A DNA stretch of 63,575 nucleotides, counting the filler, from Reclinomonas americana ATCC 50394 (lineage: Eukaryota): NCBI GenBank assembly GCA_048213135.1. It is 22 parts of 22 records of this genome, joined end to end, with 100 filler letters (N's around TTAATTAATTAA, not from the genome) between each part and the next. Parts side by side here need not be neighbours in the genome. Positions count along the whole stretch, not along the records: positions 35,395 to 40,272 come from AFZH01024141.1; positions 40,373 to 42,486 come from AFZH01024142.1; positions 42,587 to 49,263 come from AFZH01024145.1; 19 more parts are not named here. One strand, given 5' to 3'. The stretch's first letter is position 1. Every line of letters begins with the position of its first letter. Of this stretch, positions 35,552 to 46,510 are shown in pieces. The notes under the pieces were generated by a model. It was not told the DNA's origin and did not search any database. It saw only the letters and a list, made by a program, of their open reading frames with translations. The position numbers and the translations under genes are program-made.

Positions 35552-37267
35552 CAAGACAAACGGGAGCTCGTGTAGCAACCCTTTAATGTCTGCCGACTTA
35601 CGGATTATGTAGGCACGCGTGGACCCCTAGCTTGTCGTGCTTGCAATATGCGCCAAGCCGAACTATGTGCTCGGCGTTAACAATGTGCAAAATGACCTCA
35701 GCGATCTGACGAATCACAATACAGGTTGTTTGTCGTCGTCGCTGGCTGCATCTATTTCTGATGCAGATGATCTTTGGTCCAGCTGCACCTTGGTCAAGGG
35801 TTTCGTGTCGTATTCTTCATGGCGAAGAGATGCCCTCAATTACTTGACATATTCGTCGAGAGTACACTCGTCGAGTTAGTTGGCTGGTGAGACATGTGTA
35901 TTCGATGCAAGAGATGTCGCTGTATACTAACGAGTTCACCTGCGCAGCGGATAGCGAAGATCACATATTCCGCCCACAGCATCTCCATACAGCACCTGTC
36001 CACCACTCGGCGCAGCTGGTTTCTCTCCATGCCCATCTTCTTCAGCGACGTCCGGTGTGTACATGGGAAAAGGGAAGGGATAAGTGGAGAAGGAGGAGAC
36101 GGGAGGGGAGGAAAAGGGAATGGAGACGGGAGGAGAAGAGAAGCGAGGGGAAGGGAAGGGAGGAGAGGAGAAGGGAAATGGGTGAAGGGGAAGAGAGGAG
36201 AGGACATGGAGGAGACGGGAGGAGAAGAGAGAAGAAGAGAAGGAGGAGAAGGGAAGAGAGCGGAATGGAAGAGAGGAAAGGAGAAGGGAAATGGGTGATG
36301 GGAAGAGAGAAGAGGAAAGAGAGGAGAGGAGACGAGAAGAGGCTGGAGGAGAAGAGAGAAGAAGAGAAGGAGGAGAAGGGAAGAGAGCGGAATGGAAGAG
36401 AGGAGAGGAGAAGGGAAGTGGACGAAGGAAAGGGAGGAGAGGAGAAAGATGGGAGGAGAAAGGAAGAGAAGAAGAAGGGAAGAGAGGAGAAGGGAAGGGA
36501 GGAGAGGAGCAGGAGAAGGCAAGAGAGGAAATGAAGAAAATGTGTGAGAGGGGGATGAGAGAAAAGGAGAGAGGAAGAGAGGAAAGGAGAGGGGAAGAAG
36601 AGAGAGAGAAAAGAGGAGGTGAGAGGTGAGATGGAGTGAATAGAAACTGGGACCGATGAGAATGTGCGGTTGTTTCCGTGTGCGATTGCTTGTCCAGTGT
36701 GACTGTGTGTGTATATGTGAGTTAGTGAGCGAGGACGAGAGAGTGAGACCAGCTCAGCCGGCAGGGATGAAAAGGAGGTGAAGGGAGGAGGAAAAGGGAA
36801 GCAACGGTGAACAGAATGAGTGAGCTGTAAGATGCGTTACGTGGCCAGAGAGACACTTAGAATGAAAGCGTGTATGCTGAGCGAGATGCACGAGATTACG
36901 TTGGAATGGAGCCCCGTATTGCAGAGGATAGTGGATGGACTTTGAAGACTTGAGACATTTGCATTCACTGAATGAGCATTTCTGGTCGTCTTTGGCGGGT
37001 TCTTTGCTTAAAAAAGCTCGTTTTCCTTTCTCTTACTCTCTGCGAGAAGCGAGTTTGAGTCATTCACTCACACTGTTTTACAGCATTCGATTTGGTGGCG
37101 TCGGATCGTTTACTGCCGTCGCCGGTGGCCAACTTACCGTCTGTGAGTACGAGTGGAGAGTGCGAAGAGTGCATCATGTGCTTGTGTTTTCGGCAGTGCC
37201 GTTGCCAACATTTTCATTCCCAACCGTCGCGTCGTCATACACGGTGACAATCGGCAACACAACCACT

Positions 37268-40200
37268 ATGGGTACGGTCACCCAGCATGTCATGCTCACA
37301 TCCATCATGCTTCTCATTCTCCTGCATCTGTCTGCAGTCACTGGCGCAACAACATCGAGCACAATCGGTCTTCGCGTCGGTTTGTCCGGACAAGTGGTGG
37401 TGTTGACGGTGCCAGCGGCCTCGTTCCCCTTTGCCACACCGTCATTAACACTGTTCAAGAACGCCGACTGCCGCGGAAATGTGGCCACCACCATCAGCGG
37501 CTTCAACAGCGCGTCTGATGGCACGACCTACACCATCACATGGACATTCGACACGACTGGAGAGCCAACACCAACGAAGCAGCAGTTGTGCCTGTCGTCC
37601 ACTGACCTGGCAGGCTACTTTAGCCTGGCGTCTGTATCCATTTGTTGCGTTCCTGCTGGAGATATTCTGATGTCAAGTTTACTTCCTTTTCTTCTAACGA
37701 GGCGACCATGCAGATCGTGTCGAGAGCACTTCCGCGCCGTCCATATCCCAGGGCATCAAGTCGCAAACTGTTGTCTTGTCGGGTGGTGACTTCCCGTTGC
37801 TGGCTACAAGCGCTGCCAATGGCAGTAATCCAGTCACACCTGGCGGCACGCTACTGGCATTCTTCCTCTCACTCGCCACCGACTGTTCGTCGATGGACTT
37901 GCGGTCGGCTGCCTTTGTGGTCACCGCGGTGTCGCCGACGCGTATTACGGCCACGGTTTCCACTATTTCTGCGGTCTCTCTCGCCTCACGCTGGATCCGC
38001 CTGGCACGTATCAAAATGTGGTCGGTGTGTTTCGAAGGGAAAGAGGGAGGGGAGGTGAAGTGGGAAAGGAAGGGGAGGGGGAAGGGAGAGGGAGGAGGGG
38101 AAGGAAAGGGAGGAACGATGGTGAAAGAAGAGAGACAGGGGAGAGAGCAGTATCGTTGAGAGAGATATGGGTGAGGGGAGATGGTGATAGAGAAAGGGCG
38201 TGAGAGTGTATGGTGTGGGGCAGAAAGAACAAAGCAGTGGGTGCCGGGAGGAGAGATGAAGGAAAGCGGAAGAGGCAGGTGAGCCACGAAGTAGACCGTC
38301 TGTATGTGCGAGAGACATGGGAGGATTTGAATGAGAGGGCAGTTGCGAGAGGCAATAGGGCTGATGAGCAATAGGAAAAATGAGTGAGAGACTGCAGGTG
38401 AGCCACGTATGTGCGAGAGATGCTCGAGGATGTGAATGAGAGGGCAGTTGCGAGCGTCAAGAGGACTGAGGAGCAGTAGGATAAATGAGTGAGAGGCTGC
38501 AGGTGGGCCACGTATGTACGAGAGATATGCGAGGATGTGAATAAGAGGGCGGCTGCGAGAGGCAAGAGGGCTGAGGAACAGTAGGAAAATGGGCGTGTGA
38601 GACTGCAGGTGGGCCACGTATGTGCGAGAGATGCGCGAGGATGTGAATGAGAGGGCGGCTGTGAGAGGCAAGAGGGCTGAGGAACAGTAGGAAAATGGGC
38701 GTGTGAGACTGCAGGTGGGCCACGTATGTGCGAGAGATACGCGGTGATGTGAATGAGAGGGCGGCTGTGAGAGGCAAGAGATCTGAGGAGCAGTAGGAAA
38801 AATGATTGAAAGACTGAATGCGCGAATGAGTGAGACTTTTTGTCATTCTCTTTCATGTTCAACGAGAAAAGTGGAAGGATGAGAGAGAATGCGACGGAGT
38901 GGACTATTCCACTGACGACATTTCTCCGCACAGCTTCCAAGACGGCTCGTATATGCCTCTCGGTGTGACATTGACCATCACGGCCGTCACCGATCCCGAT
39001 GTCGGCTTCATTTCTCCGACCTCGTTGCCTCTCGGTGTGCCAACTACGCTGGTGTTGCATTCGCCATCGCGCACGCTGTCGAATTGTACTCGTTTCAAGG
39101 TCGTCGACGCTGGATCCGACTGCAATGATCCGGCTTCGGGTGAGTGCTGTGAATGATAAGATTTTGCGCGGGTGGTGGGTGGAGGAGATCTTTTCTCACG
39201 GTTCACCCTCTTTGCATGTCTCTTTCTCTCGTCAGCGGCCCTTGCGCTCACGGCCTTCCAAGACGGCGTCTTTGATGCATCGTCATGCTTCTATGGATCT
39301 GTTGCTGGCGGCTGTGGACAGTTCAAGGTGCAGCTCACGAGCTCCAAGTCGGTGTATGCCACATTCTGTGTGGCAACCACTCCAGGGGCGACATACAAGG
39401 CGGTGTCGAACAGCGACATTCGTGTTACCTCGGGTATGCTGGTGCAGACGTCGTCGGTGGTGGCCAACCAGGCGGGGACAATCGTTGCGTGGTGAAGAGG
39501 GAAGGCGGGTGAAGAGGAAAGGCGGGTGAAGAGGAAAGGCGGGTGAAAAGGAAAGGGGGGAAGAGGGAAGGGAGGAAAGAGGGAAGGGGGGAAAGAGGGA
39601 CGGGAGGTAAAGAGGGAAGGATGTAAAGAGGGAAGGGAGGTAAAGAGGGAATTGGGGAAAAGAGGGAATAGGAGGAGGGAGTTAAGAGGGAAGTTGGAGG
39701 AGGGAGTTTCGACAAGGAGAAGGGAGGGAGACAATGGGCGATGTGGAAGGATGTGAGACGAGGAGAAGAGAGGTAAGGTGGGAAGAGGAAGAGGGAAGTG
39801 AGTCGAGGAGAAGGGGGGTTTTGAAGGCATTTTGCAAGGAAGAGACAGGGCGGAAGTGATTTGATGAGAAAGCATGGGAGAGAGAAACAGACTGAAGAAA
39901 GTATGTTGAATTTGTGTGTATTACAAGAGAGGGAAAGGCAGGAGGGAGAAAGGGAACATATTTGCTTTGGAAGTGTGTGGATGGGAACGCGTCGGGGAGA
40001 GTAACAAAGAGAAGTGTGTCCGTGGAGTGTTTGTGGCGCAAGAGAGGACCGTCAGGGGATGAATAGGTTGTGGTATTGTGTAGATGTGGATGCAAACGAT
40101 TAAAGGAGAACGAGGGAAAGGAGACGGATTGGTTTCGGCAGTGAGTGCGTTGATGGAGATGTGAAGGATAGAGAAACAGAGAGAAGTGTGTCGGTGGAGA

Positions 40201-42486
40201 TTGGATGGCAAGAGAGGATCGTCAGAGGGAGGATGGAACGGATTGGTTATCATAGATAGCGTGTGGATGGATNNNNNNNNNNNNNNNNNNNNNNNNNNNN
40301 NNNNNNNNNNNNNNNNTTAATTAATTAANNNNNNNNNNNNNNNNNNNNNNNNNNNNNNNNNNNNNNNNNNNNTATATGCGTGTGACAGAGAGAATCGACA
40401 GAGGAGGGATGGAACGGATTGGTTGCAGTAGTTGGTGTACACATGGGAATGCATTGAAGAGAGAAACAAAGAGGAGAATGTCTGCGGAGGCTGCTTGTGT
40501 GTGTGGCAAGGCAGGATCATCAGACGTGGGAAGGGAAATGATACCTTCTTGTGGCAGTGTGGATGAGAATGCATTGGAGAAATAGTAAGAATGAGACGTG
40601 TGCCGTGGAGGCAGTGCGTGTGGTAAGAGAGGATCGTCAGAGGTGGGAAGGGAATTGATACTTTGTGGCAGTATGGATGAGAATGCATTGGCGAGATAGT
40701 AACAGTAAGAAGTGTGCCGTGGAGGCTATGTGTGTGGCAAGTCAGAGGGGGAAAGGGATAGAATAGGTTGTGGTAGTGTGTGGATTGGATGCCATTGAGA
40801 GGGTTACAAAGCGAGCGCTGTCAATGGAGGTTTATGCGAGAGAAAGGTTGGAGGGAGAAGAGAGGAAGACAGTTTGTCAACATTTGTGGTACTGTGTGAC
40901 GACGGTAAGAAGGAGAGAGTGAGATAGGAGGAGGGCATCAGTGGAGATTGTTCTTGTCTTACGAGAGTGACAGACCGACAGGGGAGAGGAAAGGTAATCA
41001 TTGGTTGTTCCGATGTGTGATGTGAATGCACCGCATGAGGGGGCGGGTTGTGGGTGACGGGAGTGGAAGACTTGAGGAGGGGGAAGTGGCTGAGACTTTT
41101 GGGAGTGTGCGCTTGGGGATTCAACAGATGAGTGGCATAGAGGAGGTCGACTTTGAAGGTCAACTGTGCGTGCGAGGAGAGGAGGTGAGGGACAGAAGGG
41201 AAATGTTGAGGTGCTGTTGATGAGATAATCAACTACAAGTGAGTGAGTCAGAGAGTTTATGTGTGAACCAGAGAGGAGTGACAGAGGAGCGGGTTGGGTA
41301 GCATGTCATTCTCATGGTGTCCACGGCTTGCATTCTGACGTTTGCTTCTTGATTGTGCGACAGATGAGCACTGGCATTGGCACTCGCTCCGTGGAGATCA
41401 CGCACCGCTTTGTGCAATCGTTCCCGGCGATTCCCACTGTGCTCTTTGGCATCTCCGCTCTCTCCAATACGATTGAGGGCGACACTGACATTCGCTGCGC
41501 GAGGCCGTCGGTCACCAATTTTATGCTGACGGTACAGTGCTCGGCACTCGGCACTGCGCAGTTCGACTCGCTCATTACCAGTTTCGTGAGATCGATTTAG
41601 TTCTCATGCACACTTGCATGAAACTCACGACGCTACGTCGCAGATTTCATTGCCATGTACGCGGACCCTGCCGCGACGTACACACACGACAACGAGTTGC
41701 CGCGTCAGAAAGCTGCCAATGAGTGGCTGAGCCTGGCCACCGACAAGAATTTCACTACGGTTTGTTGATGCATGCGGACTTGTACATGGTCCCTGAACTC
41801 ATTTGTCGCGACCACGCGGCTGTGTGAGCAGGAAGTGGTGAATGCCCATGCGTTCGGATTCCAGACAATCCCCTCGATTGCGCTGGCGCTGACGGGTGTG
41901 CGGTCCATTCGACTCGATCCGAGTGGCACGGCGCGCAGCGACAACTTTGAGGTGGTCGGTGAGGCGGCCGCTGCCACCTCGCAGGTGTTGATGACGGTGC
42001 GCGGCGATAGTCGCGTGCAGGCGTTGGAGCTGCGTTCCATGCTGGTGGGATCGCGGCTGGTGCCGCGTGACAATTCCAGTGGCTACGTGATGGTGTCGGG
42101 CGGTGAGTTTGACTGCGAAGATTTGCCGGCAGTTGTTCACGATTACTGACATGGATCACCGTCATGTTGCACAGAGAGCACGCTGGTGGGCAACACGCCG
42201 GTGGTGGTCACCCTCATCAGCCGTCAGTCAACCCGCGGATTGAAACAGACTGATTTCCATACCGCCGGGTTCTTGCGTGGATGGAAGACGACCGGCACTG
42301 GTGGTGCATCGCAGGTCAATCCGTCGATTCTGCCGACAGATGTGGTTCCGTCGCAAGGCAGCGCGTCGAGTGGAGCGTACGGGCAGCTGACGGTGACGGC
42401 GAGCAGTGGGACGAGAGAGGAGAAGGGAGGGTAAGGAGGAAGGGAGGGAGGGCAAGGAGGAAAGGAGGGAGGGCAAGGGAGAGAGG
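37268..42486 (+). CDS. Secreted multi-domain beta-rich protein with H-type-lectin-like domain(s), copy B (3'-truncated; spans linker 40273-40372)
   Basis: Signal-peptide-like MGTVTQHVMLTSIMLLILLHLSAVTGA; exon at 41364 GIGTRSVEITHRFVQSFPAIPTVLFGISAL...DIR fits the H_lectin pattern R...I.F...F...P.V..G...L; similar segment at ~41830-42060. Confidence 0.6.
38275..38800 (+). repeat. Intronic minisatellite, 5 units of ~106 bp
   Basis: gcaggtg(a/g)gccacg at 38275, 38394, 38499, 38605, 38711. Confidence 0.9.
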
Positions 42487-42586
42487 NNNNNNNNNNNNNN
42501 NNNNNNNNNNNNNNNNNNNNNNNNNNNNNNTTAATTAATTAANNNNNNNNNNNNNNNNNNNNNNNNNNNNNNNNNNNNNNNNNNNN

Positions 42587-42768
42587 ACGAAGACATCGAG
42601 CGAGCGCGGCGCATCGCGCAGCACGATCGGGTGGCGCTCTCGGACGTCGACGGGAACACCGGAGGTCGAGATGTCGCCCTTGGCGCAGGCCCCGAGCAGG
42701 AGCGCAGCGCCGAGCGCGGCCGGCAGCGCGGCCCGGAGCGGCTTTCTGGTCACGATCATGATCGCCAT
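42587..42768 (-). CDS. cpaD: Tad pilus lipoprotein CpaD (3'-truncated)
   Basis: Lipobox LLGAC, D.RERHPIVL motif, immediately downstream of cpaC. Confidence 0.85.
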
Positions 42769-42787
42769 CCTCGTCGCGGCCCCGTGT

Positions 42788-44299
42788 TCAATCGGCGATG
42801 AAACCGACGCGGCCCTTGTAGGCCTGCGGAATCGGCCCGCCGCTCGTCGATCCGTACATCTTGTTCAACCGCCCCATCAGGATCGTCTGGGCGTCGTGCG
42901 CCTCGACGAAGCCGTCGTCCGGGCGCTGCAGCCCGTTGGGGCCGACCGGCTTCACGATATAGGGCGTCACCGCGATCATCAGCTCGGTCTCCTCGCGCTG
43001 ATAGTCGCGCGAGCGGAACATCGCGCCGATGATCGGAATGTTCATCAGGGCCGGCAGCCCGTTGATCGCCTGGCGCGAGACGCGCTGAATCAGGCCGGCG
43101 GTGGCGAGGGTTCCGCCAGAGGGCAATTCCACGGTCGTGTCCGACTTGCGTGTCCGGAAGCCCGGCGCATTGACCGAGCCGGTCTGGGTGGTGTCGGCCA
43201 GACGCAACTGGTTCTCGGCGTCGATCTCCGTGACTTCGGTCGCGACACGCATCGAGATCCTGCCCTCGGACATCACCACCGGCGTGAAGTTCAGGGAGAC
43301 GCCGATCGGCTTGTAGACGATGCTGAGATTGCAGCGCCCGGTGATGTCGCAACTGTAGCCGTTCGGCACCGGAATCTCGCCGCCGGCGACGAATTTGGCG
43401 CTTTCGCCGGAGATGGCCGTCACGGTCGGCTCTGCCAGCACGCGCGACAGGCCAGCGCGCTCGAGCGCACGCATCGTGAAGTTCGAGGCCCTCGCGGAGC
43501 CGTCGGCGTTGACGAGCGAGCCGATCTTGCCGGCGATCGCGGTCGCCGCGAGCTGCTGCGGCTGCACCGAGAACGGATTGTCGATCGTCGGCGTGAGGCT
43601 GAAATTACCGATCTTCCATTCGCCGTTCGAATTGATGCCGAGCTGCTTGATCGCCTTGCGGGCAACCTCGGAGACGACGACCTTGACCATGACCTGGTCG
43701 CGGCCGCGGATCGTCAACGAATTGATCACCGCGCCTTTCGTCGCGCTGGCCCCCTCGCCCGAGGTGCCGACGAAGGCGTTGGCGATGTCCATGGCCTGCG
43801 TCGCCTCGGAGGCGTTCGCGACATTGCCGACGAGCAGGATCGAGTTCCCGGCCGGCTTGACCTGGATCTCTGCGCCCGGCATCGCTGCGCGCAGCGTCTG
43901 GCGCAGCACGTTCAGGTCGCGGCCGACCTCGATCTCCAGCGCCGTGATCTGCCGGCCCTCGGCGTCCATCACGAACATCGAGGTCGCGCCGTCGGCCATG
44001 CCGATGATGAAGAGCTTGCGGGCCGAGCGCACCACGGCGTTCGCAACCTTGGGATTGGCGACGAAGACCTCCTTGGCGTCGCGCGGCAGCTCGACGATCA
44101 ACGAGCGGCCGATCGAGAGGTCGAGGCGGCGCGAGATCGCATGCTCGCTGGCGCCGACATTCAGCACCGGCGCGGCGCCCTTGCTCTGGGCCAGGACCGG
44201 CATGCCGCAGATCGGCATGGCCAGCGACAGGACAGTCAGAGACAGCGCCAGGCTGCGCTTGCGGGCATGGCCGCGATCTGGGTTGGGCATCGGGGTCAT
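42788..44299 (-). CDS. cpaC: Tad pilus secretin CpaC/RcpA
   Basis: VFVANPKVA, BON-like segment, QVMVKVVVSEV, LAEPTVTAISGESAKFVAGGEIP, IPIIGAMFRS...ETEL.I.VTP. Confidence 0.96.
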   Translation of the reverse strand: MTPMPNPDRGHARKRSLALSLTVLSLAMPICGMPVLAQSKGAAPVLNVGASEHAISRRLDLSIGRSLIVELPRDAKEVFVANPKVANAVVRSARKLFIIGMADGATSMFVMDAEGRQITALEIEVGRDLNVLRQTLRAAMPGAEIQVKPAGNSILLVGNVANASEATQAMDIANAFVGTSGEGASATKGAVINSLTIRGRDQVMVKVVVSEVARKAIKQLGINSNGEWKIGNFSLTPTIDNPFSVQPQQLAATAIAGKIGSLVNADGSARASNFTMRALERAGLSRVLAEPTVTAISGESAKFVAGGEIPVPNGYSCDITGRCNLSIVYKPIGVSLNFTPVVMSEGRISMRVATEVTEIDAENQLRLADTTQTGSVNAPGFRTRKSDTTVELPSGGTLATAGLIQRVSRQAINGLPALMNIPIIGAMFRSRDYQREETELMIAVTPYIVKPVGPNGLQRPDDGFVEAHDAQTILMGRLNKMYGSTSGGPIPQAYKGRVGFIAD

Positions 44300-45072
44300 G
44301 GCTTCACCGCCTTGGTGACGACGCCGTAGCGCACGAGGGTCAGCCCCCCATCCTCGCTGGGCGGGCTCTTGTCGCCGGCGTCCTGGAGACTGCGCAGCGA
44401 CAGCGACAGGCTGCTGGTCTTCTGGGCCAGGGTGACGGCCTCGACCTGCTTGGGATCGAGCTCGAGCGTCGCGGTCTCGCCGACGACGACCTTCTCGCCA
44501 TTCTTCTCCTGGATGTTCTGGCCGATCGCCAGCACGCGCACATTGGCGATCAGGGTCTCGCTGACCGGCGCCGAGCCGTCCCTGGAGTTGCTGTCGTCAC
44601 GGGTCGTGCGGATCACGTCGACGCGGTCATTGGGGAGGACGAAGCCGCCGGCGGTGTTGGCGCCGCGGTTGTCGGTGGTGATGGCGACGGCGCGCTTGCC
44701 CGGCGGCAGGATCGCCGAGAGGAAGCCGGAATCGGCCTTGAGCAGCTTCTCGCGACGTATCGGCTCCGAGCCATAGAGCGGCGCACGGGCGATCTGACCG
44801 ACGAATTCAGCCTCGCCCCCGGGAAGATCCTGGCGGCGGATCACCTCGGCCGGCAGGCTCGCCAGCGGCCAAGCCAGCCATTTGAGATCGCCGGCCGCGA
44901 GCCTGTTGCCGATCGGAACATCGGCGGCAGCCACCAGCACCTCGACGGTAGGCGCCGGCTCGTATTTCGTCTCGGACGGCGTGGTGACCTTCGGGGGCCG
45001 GCTGATCAACAGCGCTGCCCCAAGGCCGGCGACGACCGCTATGGCGAGAATGATGATGCGGGCGGGACTCAT
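44296..45072 (-). CDS. cpaB: Flp pilus assembly protein CpaB/RcpC
   Basis: SAF domain VLVAAADVPIG, GKRAVAI, AGGFVLPNDRVDV, NVRVLAIGQ, LSLSLRS. Confidence 0.96.
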   Translation of the reverse strand: MSPARIIILAIAVVAGLGAALLISRPPKVTTPSETKYEPAPTVEVLVAAADVPIGNRLAAGDLKWLAWPLASLPAEVIRRQDLPGGEAEFVGQIARAPLYGSEPIRREKLLKADSGFLSAILPPGKRAVAITTDNRGANTAGGFVLPNDRVDVIRTTRDDSNSRDGSAPVSETLIANVRVLAIGQNIQEKNGEKVVVGETATLELDPKQVEAVTLAQKTSSLSLSLRSLQDAGDKSPPSEDGGLTLVRYGVVTKAVKP

Positions 45073-45130
45073 GGCACACGATCCTTGGTCGGCATGCGCC
45101 GACCCTCAGCCGGATCGTGGCCTTGGAATC

Positions 45131-45146
45131 GTCAACTTATGGTTAA
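45131..45146 (-). promoter_or_regulatory. Probable CtrA site upstream of cpaB
   Basis: Minus strand TTAA-CCATAAG-TTGAC (TTAA-N7-TTAAC with one mismatch); adjacent GANTC site at 45126. Confidence 0.6.
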
Positions 45147-45197
45147 CCGGAGGTATCTTTTTGTGCGGATCGACCGTTCCGGAGCGGGACCGCCCCA

Positions 45198-45719
45198 TCA
45201 AGAACCGATCGCGGCACGCCAGATCGCCGTCTCCGGCAGAACGACGAGCGCGGCGAAGGCGAGAGCGATGCCGTAGGGCACGCCTTCGTCCTTGTCATGC
45301 AGGCGCTGCGCCCAGCCCCAGCCCAATGCCGGCCGAGGCAGCGGCAGCTTCCTCAGGCTGAGCAGCGCGAGGGTGAGGGCTCCCCCGGCGACCGCCGAGA
45401 TGAAGACATAAGGCAGCAACTGGTCGAAACCGAACCAGAGCGCCGTCACCGCGGCGAGCTTGGCATCGCCGCCGCCGATCCAGCCCGCCGCGAAGAAGCC
45501 GAATGTGACGCTGAGGACGAGGAAGCCGGCAGCCAGATGCCAGCCCAGTTGCGTCCAGCTCAGGCCGACGCTGGCCGCGCAGAGCGCGAAGCCGGCGACG
45601 AGAACCAGGCAGAGCCGGTTGGAGATCGTCATCGACACCATGTCGCTGGCCGCGGCGTAAGCCATGGCCGCGGGAAAGACGACGATGATCAGGAACAGCG
45701 AAACCGACATGACAGCCAT
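45198..45719 (-). CDS. cpaA: Prepilin peptidase A24 (CpaA/TadV)
   Basis: AAASD...TISN, IGGGDAKL, VPYGIAL. Confidence 0.95.
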   Translation of the reverse strand: MAVMSVSLFLIIVVFPAAMAYAAASDMVSMTISNRLCLVLVAGFALCAASVGLSWTQLGWHLAAGFLVLSVTFGFFAAGWIGGGDAKLAAVTALWFGFDQLLPYVFISAVAGGALTLALLSLRKLPLPRPALGWGWAQRLHDKDEGVPYGIALAFAALVVLPETAIWRAAIGS

Positions 45720-45801
45720 CCGATGAGCAGGGGCGACATTACCGCTTCGACCTCACCAAAGACTTACCGGCACAAGGCGAGGTGGAATTCACCCCCCAAA
45801 C

Positions 45802-45836
45802 GGGAAGCGCCCTGGATAGGCTCCAAGGCGCTTCCT
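45802..45836 (-). terminator. Stem-loop between the pilin genes and cpaA
   Basis: ggaagcgcc-N-ggcgcttcc inverted repeat ~30 nt downstream of the last pilin stop. Confidence 0.6.
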
Positions 45837-45865
45837 GCCGTTCGATGATGATCGCCCTGGCGAGT

Positions 45866-46030
45866 TTACTTCAGCTTGTCGCTGACCGTCGTGAACTGGC
45901 CGACCAGGCCGGTGCCGACGGTGCCCCAGACGCCGATGCAGACGACCGAGATCAAAGCGGCGATCAGGCCGTACTCGATGGCGGTGGCACCCGACTCGTC
46001 CTTGGCAAACCGCTTGAACAGGTTCTTCAT
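45866..46030 (-). CDS. pilA: Flp family type IVb pilin, copy 3 (54 aa)
   Basis: MKNLFKRFAKDESGATAIEYGLIAALISVVCIGVWGTVGTGLVGQFTTVSDKLK; below the ORF-track length cutoff. Confidence 0.96.
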   Translation of the reverse strand: MKNLFKRFAKDESGATAIEYGLIAALISVVCIGVWGTVGTGLVGQFTTVSDKLK

Positions 46031-46058
46031 GGTCTTCCCCCCGCTTGCCGGACGACGC

Positions 46059-46223
46059 TTACTTCAGCTTGTCGCTGACCGTGGTGAACTTGCCGACCAG
46101 GCCGGTGCCGACAGTGCCCCAGACGCCGATGCAGACGACCGAGATCAGCGCTGCGATCAGGCCGTATTCGATGGCGGTCGCGCCGGACTCATCCTTGGCG
46201 AAGCGCGCAAACAGGTTCTTCAT
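46059..46223 (-). CDS. pilA: Flp family type IVb pilin, copy 2 (54 aa)
   Basis: MKNLFARFAKDESGATAIEYGLIAALISVVCIGVWGTVGTGLVGKFTTVSDKLK. Confidence 0.96.
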   Translation of the reverse strand: MKNLFARFAKDESGATAIEYGLIAALISVVCIGVWGTVGTGLVGKFTTVSDKLK

Positions 46224-46250
46224 GGTCTTTCTCCGCTTGCCGGATGAAAC

Positions 46251-46415
46251 TTACTTCAGCTTGTCGCTGATCGTCGTGAACTTGCCGACCAGGCCGGTTC
46301 CGACGGTGCCCCAGACGCCGATGCAGACGACCGAGATCAGGGCGGCGATCAAGCCGTATTCGATGGCGGTGGCGCCCGACTCGTCCTTGGCGAAGCGCGC
46401 AAACAGGTTCTTCAT
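46251..46415 (-). CDS. pilA: Flp family type IVb pilin, copy 1 (54 aa)
   Basis: MKNLFARFAKDESGATAIEYGLIAALISVVCIGVWGTVGTGLVGKFTTISDKLK; AAGGAG RBS upstream. Confidence 0.96.
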   Translation of the reverse strand: MKNLFARFAKDESGATAIEYGLIAALISVVCIGVWGTVGTGLVGKFTTISDKLK

Positions 46416-46510
46416 GGGTAGCTCCTTTGCACCACGTTTGACTGCTGCCTTCGCTCTAGGTGGCTTCGGTCAGCGACAGGAGTGACACTAGGACGCCCGC
46501 CTTGCCGATC

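Noticed and set aside
37634..37712. GTATCCATT...CTTCTAAC...CAG as a U12-type intron
   Set aside because: Imperfect match to RTATCCTTT; that donor gives an implausible Arg/Pro-rich frame, while GTTGCG at 37644 restores the plausible frame
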